IMG/VR virus record: IMGVR_UViG_2974792740_000001
Location: 11,944-75,943 of that record
Length of the DNA stretch: 64,000 nt
DNA from: a virus
Taxonomy: Duplodnaviria; Caudoviricetes
Strand: one strand, 5' to 3'
Part shown: positions 48,495 to 57,569 of the stretch, in pieces
Layout of the letters: each line of letters opens with the position of its first letter
How positions within the stretch are numbered: the stretch's first letter is position 1
Program-made: the position numbers and the translations under genes
The notes under the pieces: generated by a model
What the model was told of the DNA's origin: nothing
Databases searched by the model: none
Seen by the model: only the letters and a program-made list of their open reading frames with translations

Positions 48495-48571
48495 TCGCAT
48501 GTAGTTCAAAGGGTAGAGCAACCGGGCGTACGCTGAACCGGGGAATGTGGGTTCGAATCCCACCATGCGGG
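48495..48571 (+). ncRNA. tRNA-like RNA with 12-nt anticodon loop
   Basis: 7-bp acceptor stem, D and T arms canonical; loop GCGTACGCTGAA. Confidence 0.65.
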
Positions 48572-48603
48572 CTGCGCTTGATCGTGCGCGTAAACGATCG
48601 GCT

Positions 48604-48676
48604 GCCTTAGAAACCGAATTGGCTAGGTGCCTGACTTCCAATCAGGATTTTGCGGGTTCAAGTCCCGTCTAAGGCT
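48604..48676 (+). tRNA. tRNA-Gly(TCC)
   Basis: GCCTTAG/CTAAGGC; CCTGA-CTTCCAA-TCAGG; U73. Confidence 0.9.
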
Positions 48677-48810
48677 CCGGCCCTGCTGCTGGGGACCGAT
48701 ATGCCGAGTAACCAAGACTCGGTGCAGTAGCGCGGTGGTGGTGGCTAGATTCCAACAACACGTCACTAGGGTTGCAACCTGCCGATAGCGCTGTCGGCTG
48801 AATAGCTCCA

Positions 48811-48885
48811 CTCTCCGTAGCTCAGATGGTTTAGAGCAGGGCACTCTTAATGCTCGGGTCGCAGGTTCGAACCCTGCCGGGGAGA
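48811..48885 (+). tRNA. tRNA-Lys(CTT)
   Basis: Full cloverleaf; GGGCA-CTCTTAA-TGCTC. Confidence 0.93.
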
Positions 48886-48961
48886 CGGCCCTCCTGCTGG
48901 GGTTATACGCCAGATCGCTACTGGCACAGCAGGGCATCAGGCAACGTCGGGCCTGATGTTT

Positions 48962-49032
48962 CGTCGCATAAGTCTCAGCGGCAAGAGCTGGGGGTATTCC
49001 CCTGGTCGCCGGTTCGATTCCGGCTGCGACAC
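48962..49032 (+). ncRNA. Initiator-tRNA-like RNA with 4-nt anticodon loop
   Basis: C1xA72 mismatch, G-C-rich anticodon stem, loop TATT, canonical T-arm. Confidence 0.6.
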
Positions 49033-49228
49033 GATGGGGTGGTATTCCCAGTTAGCACAACCAGTCGACGGTCCGTGCTTGAAAAATGACCAGGGCGGCA
49101 TTGCAGTGCCAACTAGCCACGACGGACTAAGCCCGATGAAGGCCGTCTAACCCCTCGCTGGTCAAGCCCTGCAAGGTACGGGCCGGGGACAATTTGGAGT
49201 GCACATCAAGCGGGGGTGCACTCATTCG

Positions 49229-49312
49229 GGGCTTGTGGCGGAATTGGCAGACGCGCCGGATTCAAAATCCGGAGTCCTTTCGGACGTGTGGGTTCGACCC
49301 CCACCAGGCCCA
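49229..49312 (+). tRNA. tRNA-Leu(CAA)
   Basis: CCGGA-TTCAAAA-TCCGG; long variable arm; A73. Confidence 0.93.
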
Positions 49313-49313
49313 C

Positions 49314-49568
49314 ATGGCACTGAGACCGCCACCACTGGCAGAACCCCATGAGGTTGATGACCTCTCGCATCTCGAAGCACTGAGGCGACTTTCAGCCATC
49401 AGCGCGTACACGTACGCGGCCCACAATCAAGTGGATGCGGACGTGAACTCAATGGCAACGAAGGGCTGTTGGGCACCACCAATCGAGCACGGTACCTACA
49501 AGCCGGGTCACGCACCTTCGGGTGCGTATGCCCGCCTGATCGGCCTGCTCACGAAGGGAAAGAAGTAG
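49314..49568 (+). CDS. Hypothetical protein
   Basis: ATG 2 nt after the tRNA-Leu discriminator base. Confidence 0.45.
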   Translation: MALRPPPLAEPHEVDDLSHLEALRRLSAISAYTYAAHNQVDADVNSMATKGCWAPPIEHGTYKPGHAPSGAYARLIGLLTKGKK

Positions 49569-49571
49569 CAC

Positions 49572-49757
49572 ATGTTTGGACGTAAGAAGAAGCGCGCCAC
49601 CAGCGCCACGCCCTCGCGCAGCAGCTACGACAGCTGCAGCAGCACCACCCCGTATGGCGGCTACAGCAACAGCGGCTACGACAGCGGCTCGTCCTACTCG
49701 TCGTCGTGTGACAGCTCGTCGTCCTCGTCTTCGTGTGACAGCGGCGGAAGCTTCTGA
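49572..49757 (+). CDS. Ser-rich small protein
   Basis: SSYSSSCDSSSSSSSCDSGG; TGATG overlap with next gene. Confidence 0.55.
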   Translation: MFGRKKKRATSATPSRSSYDSCSSTTPYGGYSNSGYDSGSSYSSSCDSSSSSSSCDSGGSF

Positions 49758-49948
49758 TGGGTACCGCGCTGGTAATCGGGGGGATTCTCCTCGGGGCGCT
49801 GCTCATCGGCGCGGCGGTCGCATGTGTCGCAAAGGCTGTGCTCGACTCGCCTCTGTCGCAGGGTGTTGCGCAGGGAAGCTCCACCTACAAGGGTGGGTTT
49901 GACCTCAGTCATCCCACTGGGGTTGCGCTACTGGTGGCGGCTACCTGA
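49757..49948 (+). CDS. Small membrane protein
   Basis: Hydrophobic N-terminus. Confidence 0.55.
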   Translation: MGTALVIGGILLGALLIGAAVACVAKAVLDSPLSQGVAQGSSTYKGGFDLSHPTGVALLVAAT

Positions 49949-50043
49949 TGGAGTTCCTGGCAATCGTTGGCGCAGTGACATGCATCGCCGTAATCTGTTA
50001 TGTCGCAGTCGGCGTCGGGGTTCTCATCACGCTCTCGCGGTGA
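49948..50043 (+). CDS. 31-aa membrane peptide (absent from ORF track)
   Basis: MEFLAIVGAVTCIAVICYVAVGVGVLITLSR; TGATG overlap. Confidence 0.55.
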   Translation: MEFLAIVGAVTCIAVICYVAVGVGVLITLSR

Positions 50044-50051
50044 GCCCGTAT

Positions 50052-50122
50052 TCCCTGATCGTCTAACGGCAGGACGCCGCGCTCTGGACGCGGAGATTGA
50101 GGTTCGAATCCTTGTCGGGGAG
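50052..50122 (+). tRNA. tRNA-Gln(CTG)
   Basis: U1:A72, G73; CCGCG-CTCTGGA-CGCGG. Confidence 0.93.
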
Positions 50123-50183
50123 CTTGCCCTTGGGATGGGGTATAGCGCGGTTGGCCGAACCGCGATAAACAAAATGGCCGTAA

Positions 50184-50262
50184 CCGGGTAACCGCATGGA
50201 GCGGAATGGGACTGTAAATCCCAGGCGGAAACGCACCGGAGGTTCGATTCCTTCTACCCGGA
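50184..50262 (+). tRNA. tRNA-Tyr(GTA) with C1:G72
   Basis: TGGGA-CTGTAAA-TCCCA; long variable arm; atypical short 8-9 connector. Confidence 0.85.
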
Positions 50263-50275
50263 CCCAACAGACGAA

Positions 50276-50313
50276 ACGCCAGCAGACATTCATCGTGCCT
50301 GCTGGCGTCTTTT
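50276..50313 (+). terminator. Intrinsic terminator after the tRNA array
   Basis: ACGCCAGCAG/CTGCTGGCGT then CTTTT. Confidence 0.75.
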
Positions 50314-50348
50314 GTTGTCTCAGAAAGGTAATCGCTTGGCGCTAACTG

Positions 50349-50666
50349 ATGGGCGTTGTGATCGCTCAGACCTTCTTCCCGAGCAGTGTTGGTGCCGGGA
50401 TCACCGCGACCTTGAACATGTGGAGGTTCACGAACTCGATGGCTAGCTACTACCAGATCGCAGAAGTCGACGATGACCTGGAAGACCTTGAGTGGACGCG
50501 GCTGAAAATGCTGAACAAGCTTCTCGAACACAATGCGGGCGGTGCCGCGAAGCCCAGTGACTTCACCTTCAGTCACCGCTACGGATACTTCGTGAATGGC
50601 GTCTTCACTGCCACCGACGATCCTGAGTCGCACTACATTCAGGTGGAGGCTGCTATCAGTGAGTGA
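50349..50666 (+). CDS. Hypothetical protein
   Basis: ORF preceding thyX. Confidence 0.5.
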   Translation: MGVVIAQTFFPSSVGAGITATLNMWRFTNSMASYYQIAEVDDDLEDLEWTRLKMLNKLLEHNAGGAAKPSDFTFSHRYGYFVNGVFTATDDPESHYIQVEAAISE

Positions 50667-51363
50667 CATCCAGTTCCGTTCCGACATGGGTGTCCAGCTC
50701 GTTGGGCACATGGGCGACGACAGTGCGATAGCCGCCGCCGCTCGCGTGTCAACCGTGGGCGCACAGTCGCTTGCCGACGCTAGCGAGTCCGCCGGCCTCA
50801 TCAACTTCTTGGCAAAGAACCGACATGGCAGCCCGTTTGAGCACGTCACGTTCACGTTCCTTGTCGAGTGCCCGATCTTCGTGGCCCGCGAGTTCATGCG
50901 GCATCGGATCGCTTCATACAACGAGGAATCCGGCAGGTACAAACAGCTTGACCCGGTGTTCTATGTTCCCGACGTGACGCGGCCCCTTCAGCAGGTCGGC
51001 AAGGCTGGGGCCTACGAGTTCGTCACAGGCACCGAACAGCAGCAACATGCAGTTCGCGTGTGCCTCAGATACGGGGCACGTGAAGCCTACGCGGCCTACA
51101 AGGACATGCTCGACGAGGGTGTTGCCCGCGAGGTTGCCCGGATGGTGTTGCCACTCAACATCTACACCAGCTTCTACGTCACCATGAACGCTCGCGGACT
51201 CATGAACTTTCTGTCCCTCCGCACCAAGCGTGATGGCTCGCACTTTCCCTCGTATCCGCAGCAGGAGATCGAGATGGTTGCCGAGCAGATGGAAGAGTTC
51301 TTCGCCGCTGTAACGCCATTGACGCACAAGGCTTTCAACACAAACGGGAGGGTTGCACCGTGA
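50659..51363 (+). CDS. thyX: Flavin-dependent thymidylate synthase
   Basis: HGSPFEH, RHR..SYNEESGRY, ARMVLP, MNARGLMNFLSLR. Confidence 0.96.
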   Translation: MSDIQFRSDMGVQLVGHMGDDSAIAAAARVSTVGAQSLADASESAGLINFLAKNRHGSPFEHVTFTFLVECPIFVAREFMRHRIASYNEESGRYKQLDPVFYVPDVTRPLQQVGKAGAYEFVTGTEQQQHAVRVCLRYGAREAYAAYKDMLDEGVAREVARMVLPLNIYTSFYVTMNARGLMNFLSLRTKRDGSHFPSYPQQEIEMVAEQMEEFFAAVTPLTHKAFNTNGRVAP

Positions 51364-51497
51364 CATCGATTCAGGCTTTGCATGAGCAAGAGGTAGACGA
51401 GGCGTACCGACGCGGCTACGACGAGGGTTACGACGAGGGCCGTGAAGACGGCTACAACGACGGCTACGAGGATGGAAGCGCGGAACCGATTGCCTGA
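51360..51497 (+). CDS. 45-aa acidic peptide with GYDEG repeats (absent from ORF track)
   Basis: AYRRGYDEGYDEGREDGYNDGYEDG; GTGA overlap. Confidence 0.6.
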   Translation: MTSIQALHEQEVDEAYRRGYDEGYDEGREDGYNDGYEDGSAEPIA

Positions 51498-51807
51498 CAA
51501 CGAACGCATCCAAAACTGGCTAGGCCAATACTTCTCTGTCGGCAACCGGGTCTGCCGTGGTGCACGAGACGGCAACACATCCAGCTTCAAGGTTGGCATC
51601 GTGGTAGGCATCAACGCCGAGAAGCGCAATGTCCGCGTGCACTGGGTCGCTAAACCGGCAGGCTGGCGTGACGAGCACGCCTACCGAATCATCACGTCCC
51701 ACCACAGCACCTCCAACGTGGACACCCTGTTCCGGCTCGCGGACACACATATGACTGAGGCCGTGGACCACGCGCTCACTGACGCGGCAATGAGGCTGCG
51801 TGACTGA
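51490..51807 (+). CDS. Hypothetical protein (SH3-like)
   Basis: FSVGNRV..KVGIVVGI. Confidence 0.55.
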   Translation: MPDNERIQNWLGQYFSVGNRVCRGARDGNTSSFKVGIVVGINAEKRNVRVHWVAKPAGWRDEHAYRIITSHHSTSNVDTLFRLADTHMTEAVDHALTDAAMRLRD

Positions 51808-51982
51808 GCAACTGTTTACCGCAGCCCAAGTTCAACAGGCCGTGTACGACGTGCTCGACGATAACTGTGTGTCCCTCTGGCTTCAAGAGCCACAGGACGA
51901 TACGACCACGCCGTTCGGCCTTGTCCATCCCGAAGATGTTGGGCACATCGGGCGTTGGGTCATCGAAAGACTGAGAGGATAG
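51800..51982 (+). CDS. Hypothetical protein
   Basis: Coupled to neighbours. Confidence 0.5.
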   Translation: MTEQLFTAAQVQQAVYDVLDDNCVSLWLQEPQDDTTTPFGLVHPEDVGHIGRWVIERLRG

Positions 51983-51985
51983 TAG

Positions 51986-52936
<951 letters not shown>

Positions 52937-52952
52937 ATCTGAAAGGCAACAC

Positions 52953-53195
52953 ATGAACGTTAGTACACCAACTCTTCTGAGTCAGCCTGGCTGCGGCTCG
53001 TGCATCTTCGTTAAGAAGGCTTTCGACGCGAACAAAGTTCCGCTGGTGGTGTTGAATATTCGTCAAACGGAATCGGCTTTCGAGTGGATGCAGGCTCGCG
53101 GACTCAAGTCCACCCCAGTGCTGCTGTATCCGGATGGCGAGTGGACGCAGAACACTCAGGAGATGTACGACTACGCGAAAGCCCAAGCCGAGTGA
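52953..53195 (+). CDS. nrdH: NrdH-like glutaredoxin
   Basis: SQPGCGSC, GLKSTPV; follows nrdF. Confidence 0.8.
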   Translation: MNVSTPTLLSQPGCGSCIFVKKAFDANKVPLVVLNIRQTESAFEWMQARGLKSTPVLLYPDGEWTQNTQEMYDYAKAQAE

Positions 53196-53383
53196 AGTGC
53201 ATTGTCGCACAGAAGCTCGACAGTGAGGACTTGGAAGCCCTACCGGTATTGGCAGGCACATTCAAGCGGGTGTACCTGCACGGCCAGATCAGAAGGTTCT
53301 ACGGGCCTCTATTCGGTTTAACGGCTCTAAAGGATCATTTGAACTCCAAATGCGTTTGCGCGAAAGTGAGGACCGATGGGTGA
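53192..53383 (+). CDS. Hypothetical protein
   Basis: GTGA overlap; LTALKDHLNSKCVC. Confidence 0.55.
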   Translation: MKCIVAQKLDSEDLEALPVLAGTFKRVYLHGQIRRFYGPLFGLTALKDHLNSKCVCAKVRTDG

Positions 53384-54503
53384 ACTAGCAAAGCTGCTCA
53401 CACAACCAACAGCCGTCGAACCAGAGAACCGGGAAACCACGTTCGATGGTGACGGCAACTACACCCAAGCGCGCGTCATGGAGAAACAACCCGAGACGCC
53501 GCATGAGCTATTGGAGTTCTTCGGCCATGACCCGAAAGCCTTTGCTGTTGACGGCAATATCACTATCGGTCATCGCGAGCTTGCTGATGGGCGCACTCTT
53601 TCCCGTTACGCCTACAAGCTCCGACCGGCACCCGAGCAGGTTGATCTCGACGACCTCCTAACCCAGGTCGAGAAGGCCGAACCGGCAGAACCTGTTCACG
53701 CGAGCGGGTCTGGTGCCTGGTTCGTGTTCCAGGCCGGCGACCTACAACTCGGCAAACGAGCACGCGATGGCGGCACCGAAGAGATCATCCGCGCGTTCAA
53801 ACTGTCCGTTGACAACGCGGTTGAAGAGCTTCTGTTCGCACAGGACTACACGCACATTGATGGTGTGCAGCTCGCGTTCGTGGGTGACTGCATGGAAGGT
53901 GTTGTGTCTCAGGGCGGCAAGAACCTGTGGCTCACCTCAGAGACCATCACCGAGCAGACCCGAATCTTCCGCAGGCTGCTGTTGTGGACTGTCGATCAGT
54001 TCCGGCACCACGTACCCAAGGTGTACCTGGATGTCGTGAACGGCAACCACGACGAGGCTCAGCGCATGATGAACACGAAGCCTGGCGATGGTTGGGCTAC
54101 CGAGTGTGCGATCGCTGTCGATGATGCGATGTCGTTGAACCTGGACGCCTACAGCACCGTGGAAGTTCGTGTGCCGAATGAGTGGTCGGGCAACATGACT
54201 GTCCCTGTCGGGGACTCGCTTGTCACGTTGGCTCACGGCCATCAGTGGCGGCGCGGCAAGGGCATGACGTGGTGGGCTGAGCAGTCGTTGAACAAGCAGC
54301 CTGCCGCCCATTCGAGTGTCCTTCAGCACGGACATGTGCACACGTATGAGATTGAGACGACTCGTGATCGGACTCGCATTTCGTCTCCGACGTTTGATCC
54401 TGGCTCGGATTGGTTCCGGGAGGCTCATGGTGGTGACGCGAAGGTTGGCGGTCTGACGTATCTGTTGTTGGGTGGCGAGATTTCGAGAGTGAGTTTGGTG
54501 TGA
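53376..54503 (+). CDS. Calcineurin-like metallophosphoesterase
   Basis: GDLQ, GDCMEG, GNHDE, HGH, GHVH. Confidence 0.85.
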   Translation: MGELAKLLTQPTAVEPENRETTFDGDGNYTQARVMEKQPETPHELLEFFGHDPKAFAVDGNITIGHRELADGRTLSRYAYKLRPAPEQVDLDDLLTQVEKAEPAEPVHASGSGAWFVFQAGDLQLGKRARDGGTEEIIRAFKLSVDNAVEELLFAQDYTHIDGVQLAFVGDCMEGVVSQGGKNLWLTSETITEQTRIFRRLLLWTVDQFRHHVPKVYLDVVNGNHDEAQRMMNTKPGDGWATECAIAVDDAMSLNLDAYSTVEVRVPNEWSGNMTVPVGDSLVTLAHGHQWRRGKGMTWWAEQSLNKQPAAHSSVLQHGHVHTYEIETTRDRTRISSPTFDPGSDWFREAHGGDAKVGGLTYLLLGGEISRVSLV

Positions 54504-54679
54504 AAGAGACCCGAGAACATCTCGTGCAGAAGATTCGCGATGGCTGGGGAGGCGGAACCTATCACCTCCCTGCCCGTGGCGGGCTCATCCAAGTCCCCGA
54601 AGTTCGCGACGGTGGCACCACTGCCGCCCTCATCGACTACGCGGTGGATGTGTGCCTTCAGGAGTTGACGCATGGTTGA
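54500..54679 (+). CDS. Hypothetical 59-aa protein (absent from ORF track)
   Basis: MKETREHLVQKIRDGWGGG..; GTGA overlap. Confidence 0.5.
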   Translation: MKETREHLVQKIRDGWGGGTYHLPARGGLIQVPEVRDGGTTAALIDYAVDVCLQELTHG

Positions 54680-55400
54680 CACGATCGTGTGTGCTCGCGG
54701 TATTGGTGAACCGCTCAAGTCCCCGATCCTCATGGCTGTTGTGCGTGAGGTTGAACGCCTCCGGGGCAAGCCGGTCAGGGTGATCCACCTGCCGTGGAGC
54801 GCATCGTACGGTCCTGTGCCGCAACCGTTCGGGTACGCGTTCAGCCGGTCGCTCGCAGACGGGTACAGGATGCTCAGCGACTACCTGGGTACTGGGCCAG
54901 CCGTCGGCCTCGGGTTCTCGGGTGGCGCGAAGCTGATGGGCGACTACGCCTCCTGGGGCGACAAACGACTCCGCGCTGTCGGCCTGATCGCGGATCCCGC
55001 CATGCCGAACAACGTTCCCGGTATGCCTCGCGGCAAATGGGGCATCACCGGCCATCGCCCAATCGATGGCATTCCCGCAATGTGGAAGGCGGACCCCAAG
55101 GATGGGATTCCCCTCTGCCCCAGTAACAGCCCTCTTCGCACCCTTGCGGATCAGTCTGAAGCTTTCAGCCTCGTTGATCCGGCAGCTTGGGGAGAGAGCA
55201 TGTTCACCAAGCTCCGACGCGGACAGTTCCAGCAAGTCGATCCCCTGCGACAGTTCACGATGGGCGAATGGCTGGAAGCCATCAAGCTCTTCCGTGGATA
55301 CAAGGGCGGCGACCACACCAGCTACGCCACACGCAAGGAACACAACGGGAAAACCTACACCCAGAACCTTGCCGCTTGGCTCAACCAGCAGATGGGGTGA
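54672..55400 (+). CDS. Lysin B-like serine esterase
   Basis: CARGIGE, GFSGGA (GxSxG), LIADP, D.I..C, HTSY. Confidence 0.8.
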   Translation: MVDTIVCARGIGEPLKSPILMAVVREVERLRGKPVRVIHLPWSASYGPVPQPFGYAFSRSLADGYRMLSDYLGTGPAVGLGFSGGAKLMGDYASWGDKRLRAVGLIADPAMPNNVPGMPRGKWGITGHRPIDGIPAMWKADPKDGIPLCPSNSPLRTLADQSEAFSLVDPAAWGESMFTKLRRGQFQQVDPLRQFTMGEWLEAIKLFRGYKGGDHTSYATRKEHNGKTYTQNLAAWLNQQMG

Positions 55401-55401
55401 G

Positions 55402-55728
55402 ATGAAGACTCCCAAAGAGAAGATTGAAGCCGCCAGAAAGAAACTGGACAACGCAATCGCAGAACTAGTGCAAACCATTGCCCGCGAGGGTGAAGGTAGC
55501 GTGCAGAACGCGATCCCGGTCGGCTGGGTGCTGTCGGTCGATCACAAATTCTATGACGGCGACCTGGGGTTCATGGGTGGCCTGGTGTCGTCGTATCACA
55601 AGCCTGAGCAGAATCACTATCACGGGAAGATGATCCTTGAGCGCGCCTATGAGGCTGCGTTGGAGCATGATTCGCCTTCGTATGAGTGTGATCGTGTTCA
55701 TGTGGATGAGGTGGACGACGATGGGTAA
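55402..55728 (+). CDS. Hypothetical protein
   Basis: Fits the rightward run. Confidence 0.55.
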   Translation: MKTPKEKIEAARKKLDNAIAELVQTIAREGEGSVQNAIPVGWVLSVDHKFYDGDLGFMGGLVSSYHKPEQNHYHGKMILERAYEAALEHDSPSYECDRVHVDEVDDDG

Positions 55729-56203
55729 GCACAGCAAGCCTGTGCCCGAGCGAATCCCGGGCGAATGGAGACCCAACACGACAGTGGTTGAGCTGTTCGG
55801 GGATCGGCAGTCGGGCAAGACTGAGATGGTATGTCGTTACGCCTATGCTGACATCCTGTTTGAAGGCCGCAAGGTTGTGTACGTGTCCCGCACCCACGCC
55901 GAGTCGCGCGAAGCATTCCACCGAATGAGGGCGCTGTTCGCCAAACTTCCGGTGAGCCCGGACGCGCTGGACCGTTCGTTCGAGTTCCGAAACTCGGGGG
56001 TTGGCACTGAGATACGGTTCGGAGATCACGCGAAGATGTGGTTCGAATCGTACCGTGGTGGCGGCAGATGGCGTGGAGCGCACGTGGACACCGTGATCTT
56101 TGATGCTTTCGATACTGTGCCAAATCGGGACGTGCTTGTGGATGTGATGCCCGCTCTCGCTATGTCGAGGAACCCGAAGTTGGTGGTTGCCACATGCGCG
56201 TAG
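55721..56203 (+). CDS. Short terminase-large-subunit-like ATPase domain, Walker B Glu missing
   Basis: RQSGKT, VVYVSRT..ESREAF, RGAHVDTVIFDAF. Confidence 0.65.
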   Translation: MGKHSKPVPERIPGEWRPNTTVVELFGDRQSGKTEMVCRYAYADILFEGRKVVYVSRTHAESREAFHRMRALFAKLPVSPDALDRSFEFRNSGVGTEIRFGDHAKMWFESYRGGGRWRGAHVDTVIFDAFDTVPNRDVLVDVMPALAMSRNPKLVVATCA

Positions 56204-56634
56204 ACCGCTGGCGGGAATGGGGGTTAGCAAACCCCTGCACCTTCCCGGATTGCGGGAAACCCGGCAAGGCGCGAGGTCTATGTGCGGGCCACTGGGCGCA
56301 GAAGTACAAGTACAACATGGAGCTGCGTCCATTGCGGAAGGTCGCCCCGCGTGGCGCTGGCACCATCGATCCCAATGGGTACCGCCATGTATCTCGGGAC
56401 GGAAAACAGGTAGCCGAGCACCGCTGGGTAATGGAGCAGCAACTTGGTCGGGAACTGCTTTCCTCTGAGTCGGTCCACCATCGCAATGGACAACGGGCGG
56501 ATAACCGCATTGAAAACCTTGAACTGTGGTCAACTAGCCAGCCATACGGGCAGCGAGTGCAGGACAAGGTTACGTGGGCGAAAGAGATCATTGAAATGTA
56601 TGGAGACTTGGAGCTGCCATGCGACTCATCGTAG
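56194..56634 (+). CDS. HNH endonuclease with N-terminal zinc finger
   Basis: CTFPDC..GLCAGH; EHRWVME..VHHRNGQRADNRIENL. Confidence 0.9.
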   Translation: MRVDRWREWGLANPCTFPDCGKPGKARGLCAGHWAQKYKYNMELRPLRKVAPRGAGTIDPNGYRHVSRDGKQVAEHRWVMEQQLGRELLSSESVHHRNGQRADNRIENLELWSTSQPYGQRVQDKVTWAKEIIEMYGDLELPCDSS

Positions 56635-57233
56635 GGACGTATCGCAAGAAAGACTACATAAGTCGAGCACTCGCATCCGTCGATAAGCATTTGGCCGGCG
56701 TCAGCGACATCGTGTTCGTGGACGATTCCGGAGACTCGGAACACTCGGCCTGGCTGCGCCAGTACGGGCACGTTGTGGAAGTTGGCGGGCAAGGTTACGG
56801 CAAGGCCATGACGGCGGTCTGCGAGGCAGCTCAGGGCCAGGAGTGCATGTTCCTGGAAGAGGACTTCACGTTCATTACGGATGTCAGGCTGTCGCTGATG
56901 TCTGAGGTGCTTTACAACAGGCCATATCTCGCGCAGATCGCGCTACTACGCGGCCCGCACTTCCCCATCGAGCACGAGCATGGCGGGCTGATCGAAGCCT
57001 TGCAGCACAAGGGCCACAAGTTCGTGAACTACAACGGCGTAATCGAGCACGAGGCCACGTTCACCTGCAACCCGTCCGTGTGGCGCGGTTCGGTCTTCGC
57101 CTCGGGTTGGCCTACGTGTAAGTGGAGTGAGGATCGTAAACGCGATGAGTTGTTGAGGCAGGGGTACAGGTTCGGGTATCTGCCCGGAATAAAGGTTGAG
57201 CACGACGGAGTTCGAACCGGGCATGGCTACTGA
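56619..57233 (+). CDS. Glycosyltransferase (GT-A fold)
   Basis: VFVDDSG, GGQGYG, FLEEDF. Confidence 0.75.
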   Translation: MRLIVGTYRKKDYISRALASVDKHLAGVSDIVFVDDSGDSEHSAWLRQYGHVVEVGGQGYGKAMTAVCEAAQGQECMFLEEDFTFITDVRLSLMSEVLYNRPYLAQIALLRGPHFPIEHEHGGLIEALQHKGHKFVNYNGVIEHEATFTCNPSVWRGSVFASGWPTCKWSEDRKRDELLRQGYRFGYLPGIKVEHDGVRTGHGY

Positions 57234-57345
57234 CTGTGGCTACAGGTGCGTCGATGGTGAAGACGTTGGCGCACCTGCATGGTCGTGGAGCTACCTAGCC
57301 GCTATCGACCCGGATTGCCCCATTCACATGAAACAGGAGACATGA
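57223..57345 (+). CDS. 40-aa Cys-containing peptide (absent from ORF track)
   Basis: MATDCGYRC..IDPDCPIH; ATGA overlap. Confidence 0.5.
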   Translation: MATDCGYRCVDGEDVGAPAWSWSYLAAIDPDCPIHMKQET

Positions 57346-57569
57346 CCATCGAAGACGGCACGAAGTACCTGCTCGTCACCTACACATCGAATGGTGAGCC
57401 ACGAATCAACTTGGGCGGCGGGTCAAGCACACCCTCACAGCCTCGCATCTATGAGACGTTGAAGATGGCACGCCGGTATGCGAAGCGGTACGGGGCAGCG
57501 ATTGTGGCCCTGGAACTCGACCTACCCAACCTGCACATCCGTGAGGTGGAGGATGACGACGACCGCTGA
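57342..57569 (+). CDS. Small hypothetical protein (paralogue of 58188-58394)
   Basis: PRIYETLKMARRYAKRYGAAIV. Confidence 0.6.
   Translation: MTIEDGTKYLLVTYTSNGEPRINLGGGSSTPSQPRIYETLKMARRYAKRYGAAIVALELDLPNLHIREVEDDDDR

Noticed and set aside
48735-48811. Three-hairpin spacer before tRNA-Lys as an additional tRNA
   Set aside because: No T-loop consensus or proper cloverleaf; may be chance pairing in GC-rich DNA
48679-48934. Calling the trailer pseudoknots HDV-like/theta ribozymes or preQ1 riboswitches
   Set aside because: No P3/L3/P1.1 elements or ligand-pocket consensus visible; left unassigned
49060-49225. Hairpins between the fMet-like RNA and tRNA-Leu (TGACCAG/CTGGTCA; GAGTGCAC/GTGCACTC)
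   Set aside because: Real inverted repeats, but no second copy or covariation to support a distinct RNA
49194-49313. 5' extension of ORF 49194-49568
   Set aside because: Overlaps tRNA-Leu; the plausible start is ATG 49314
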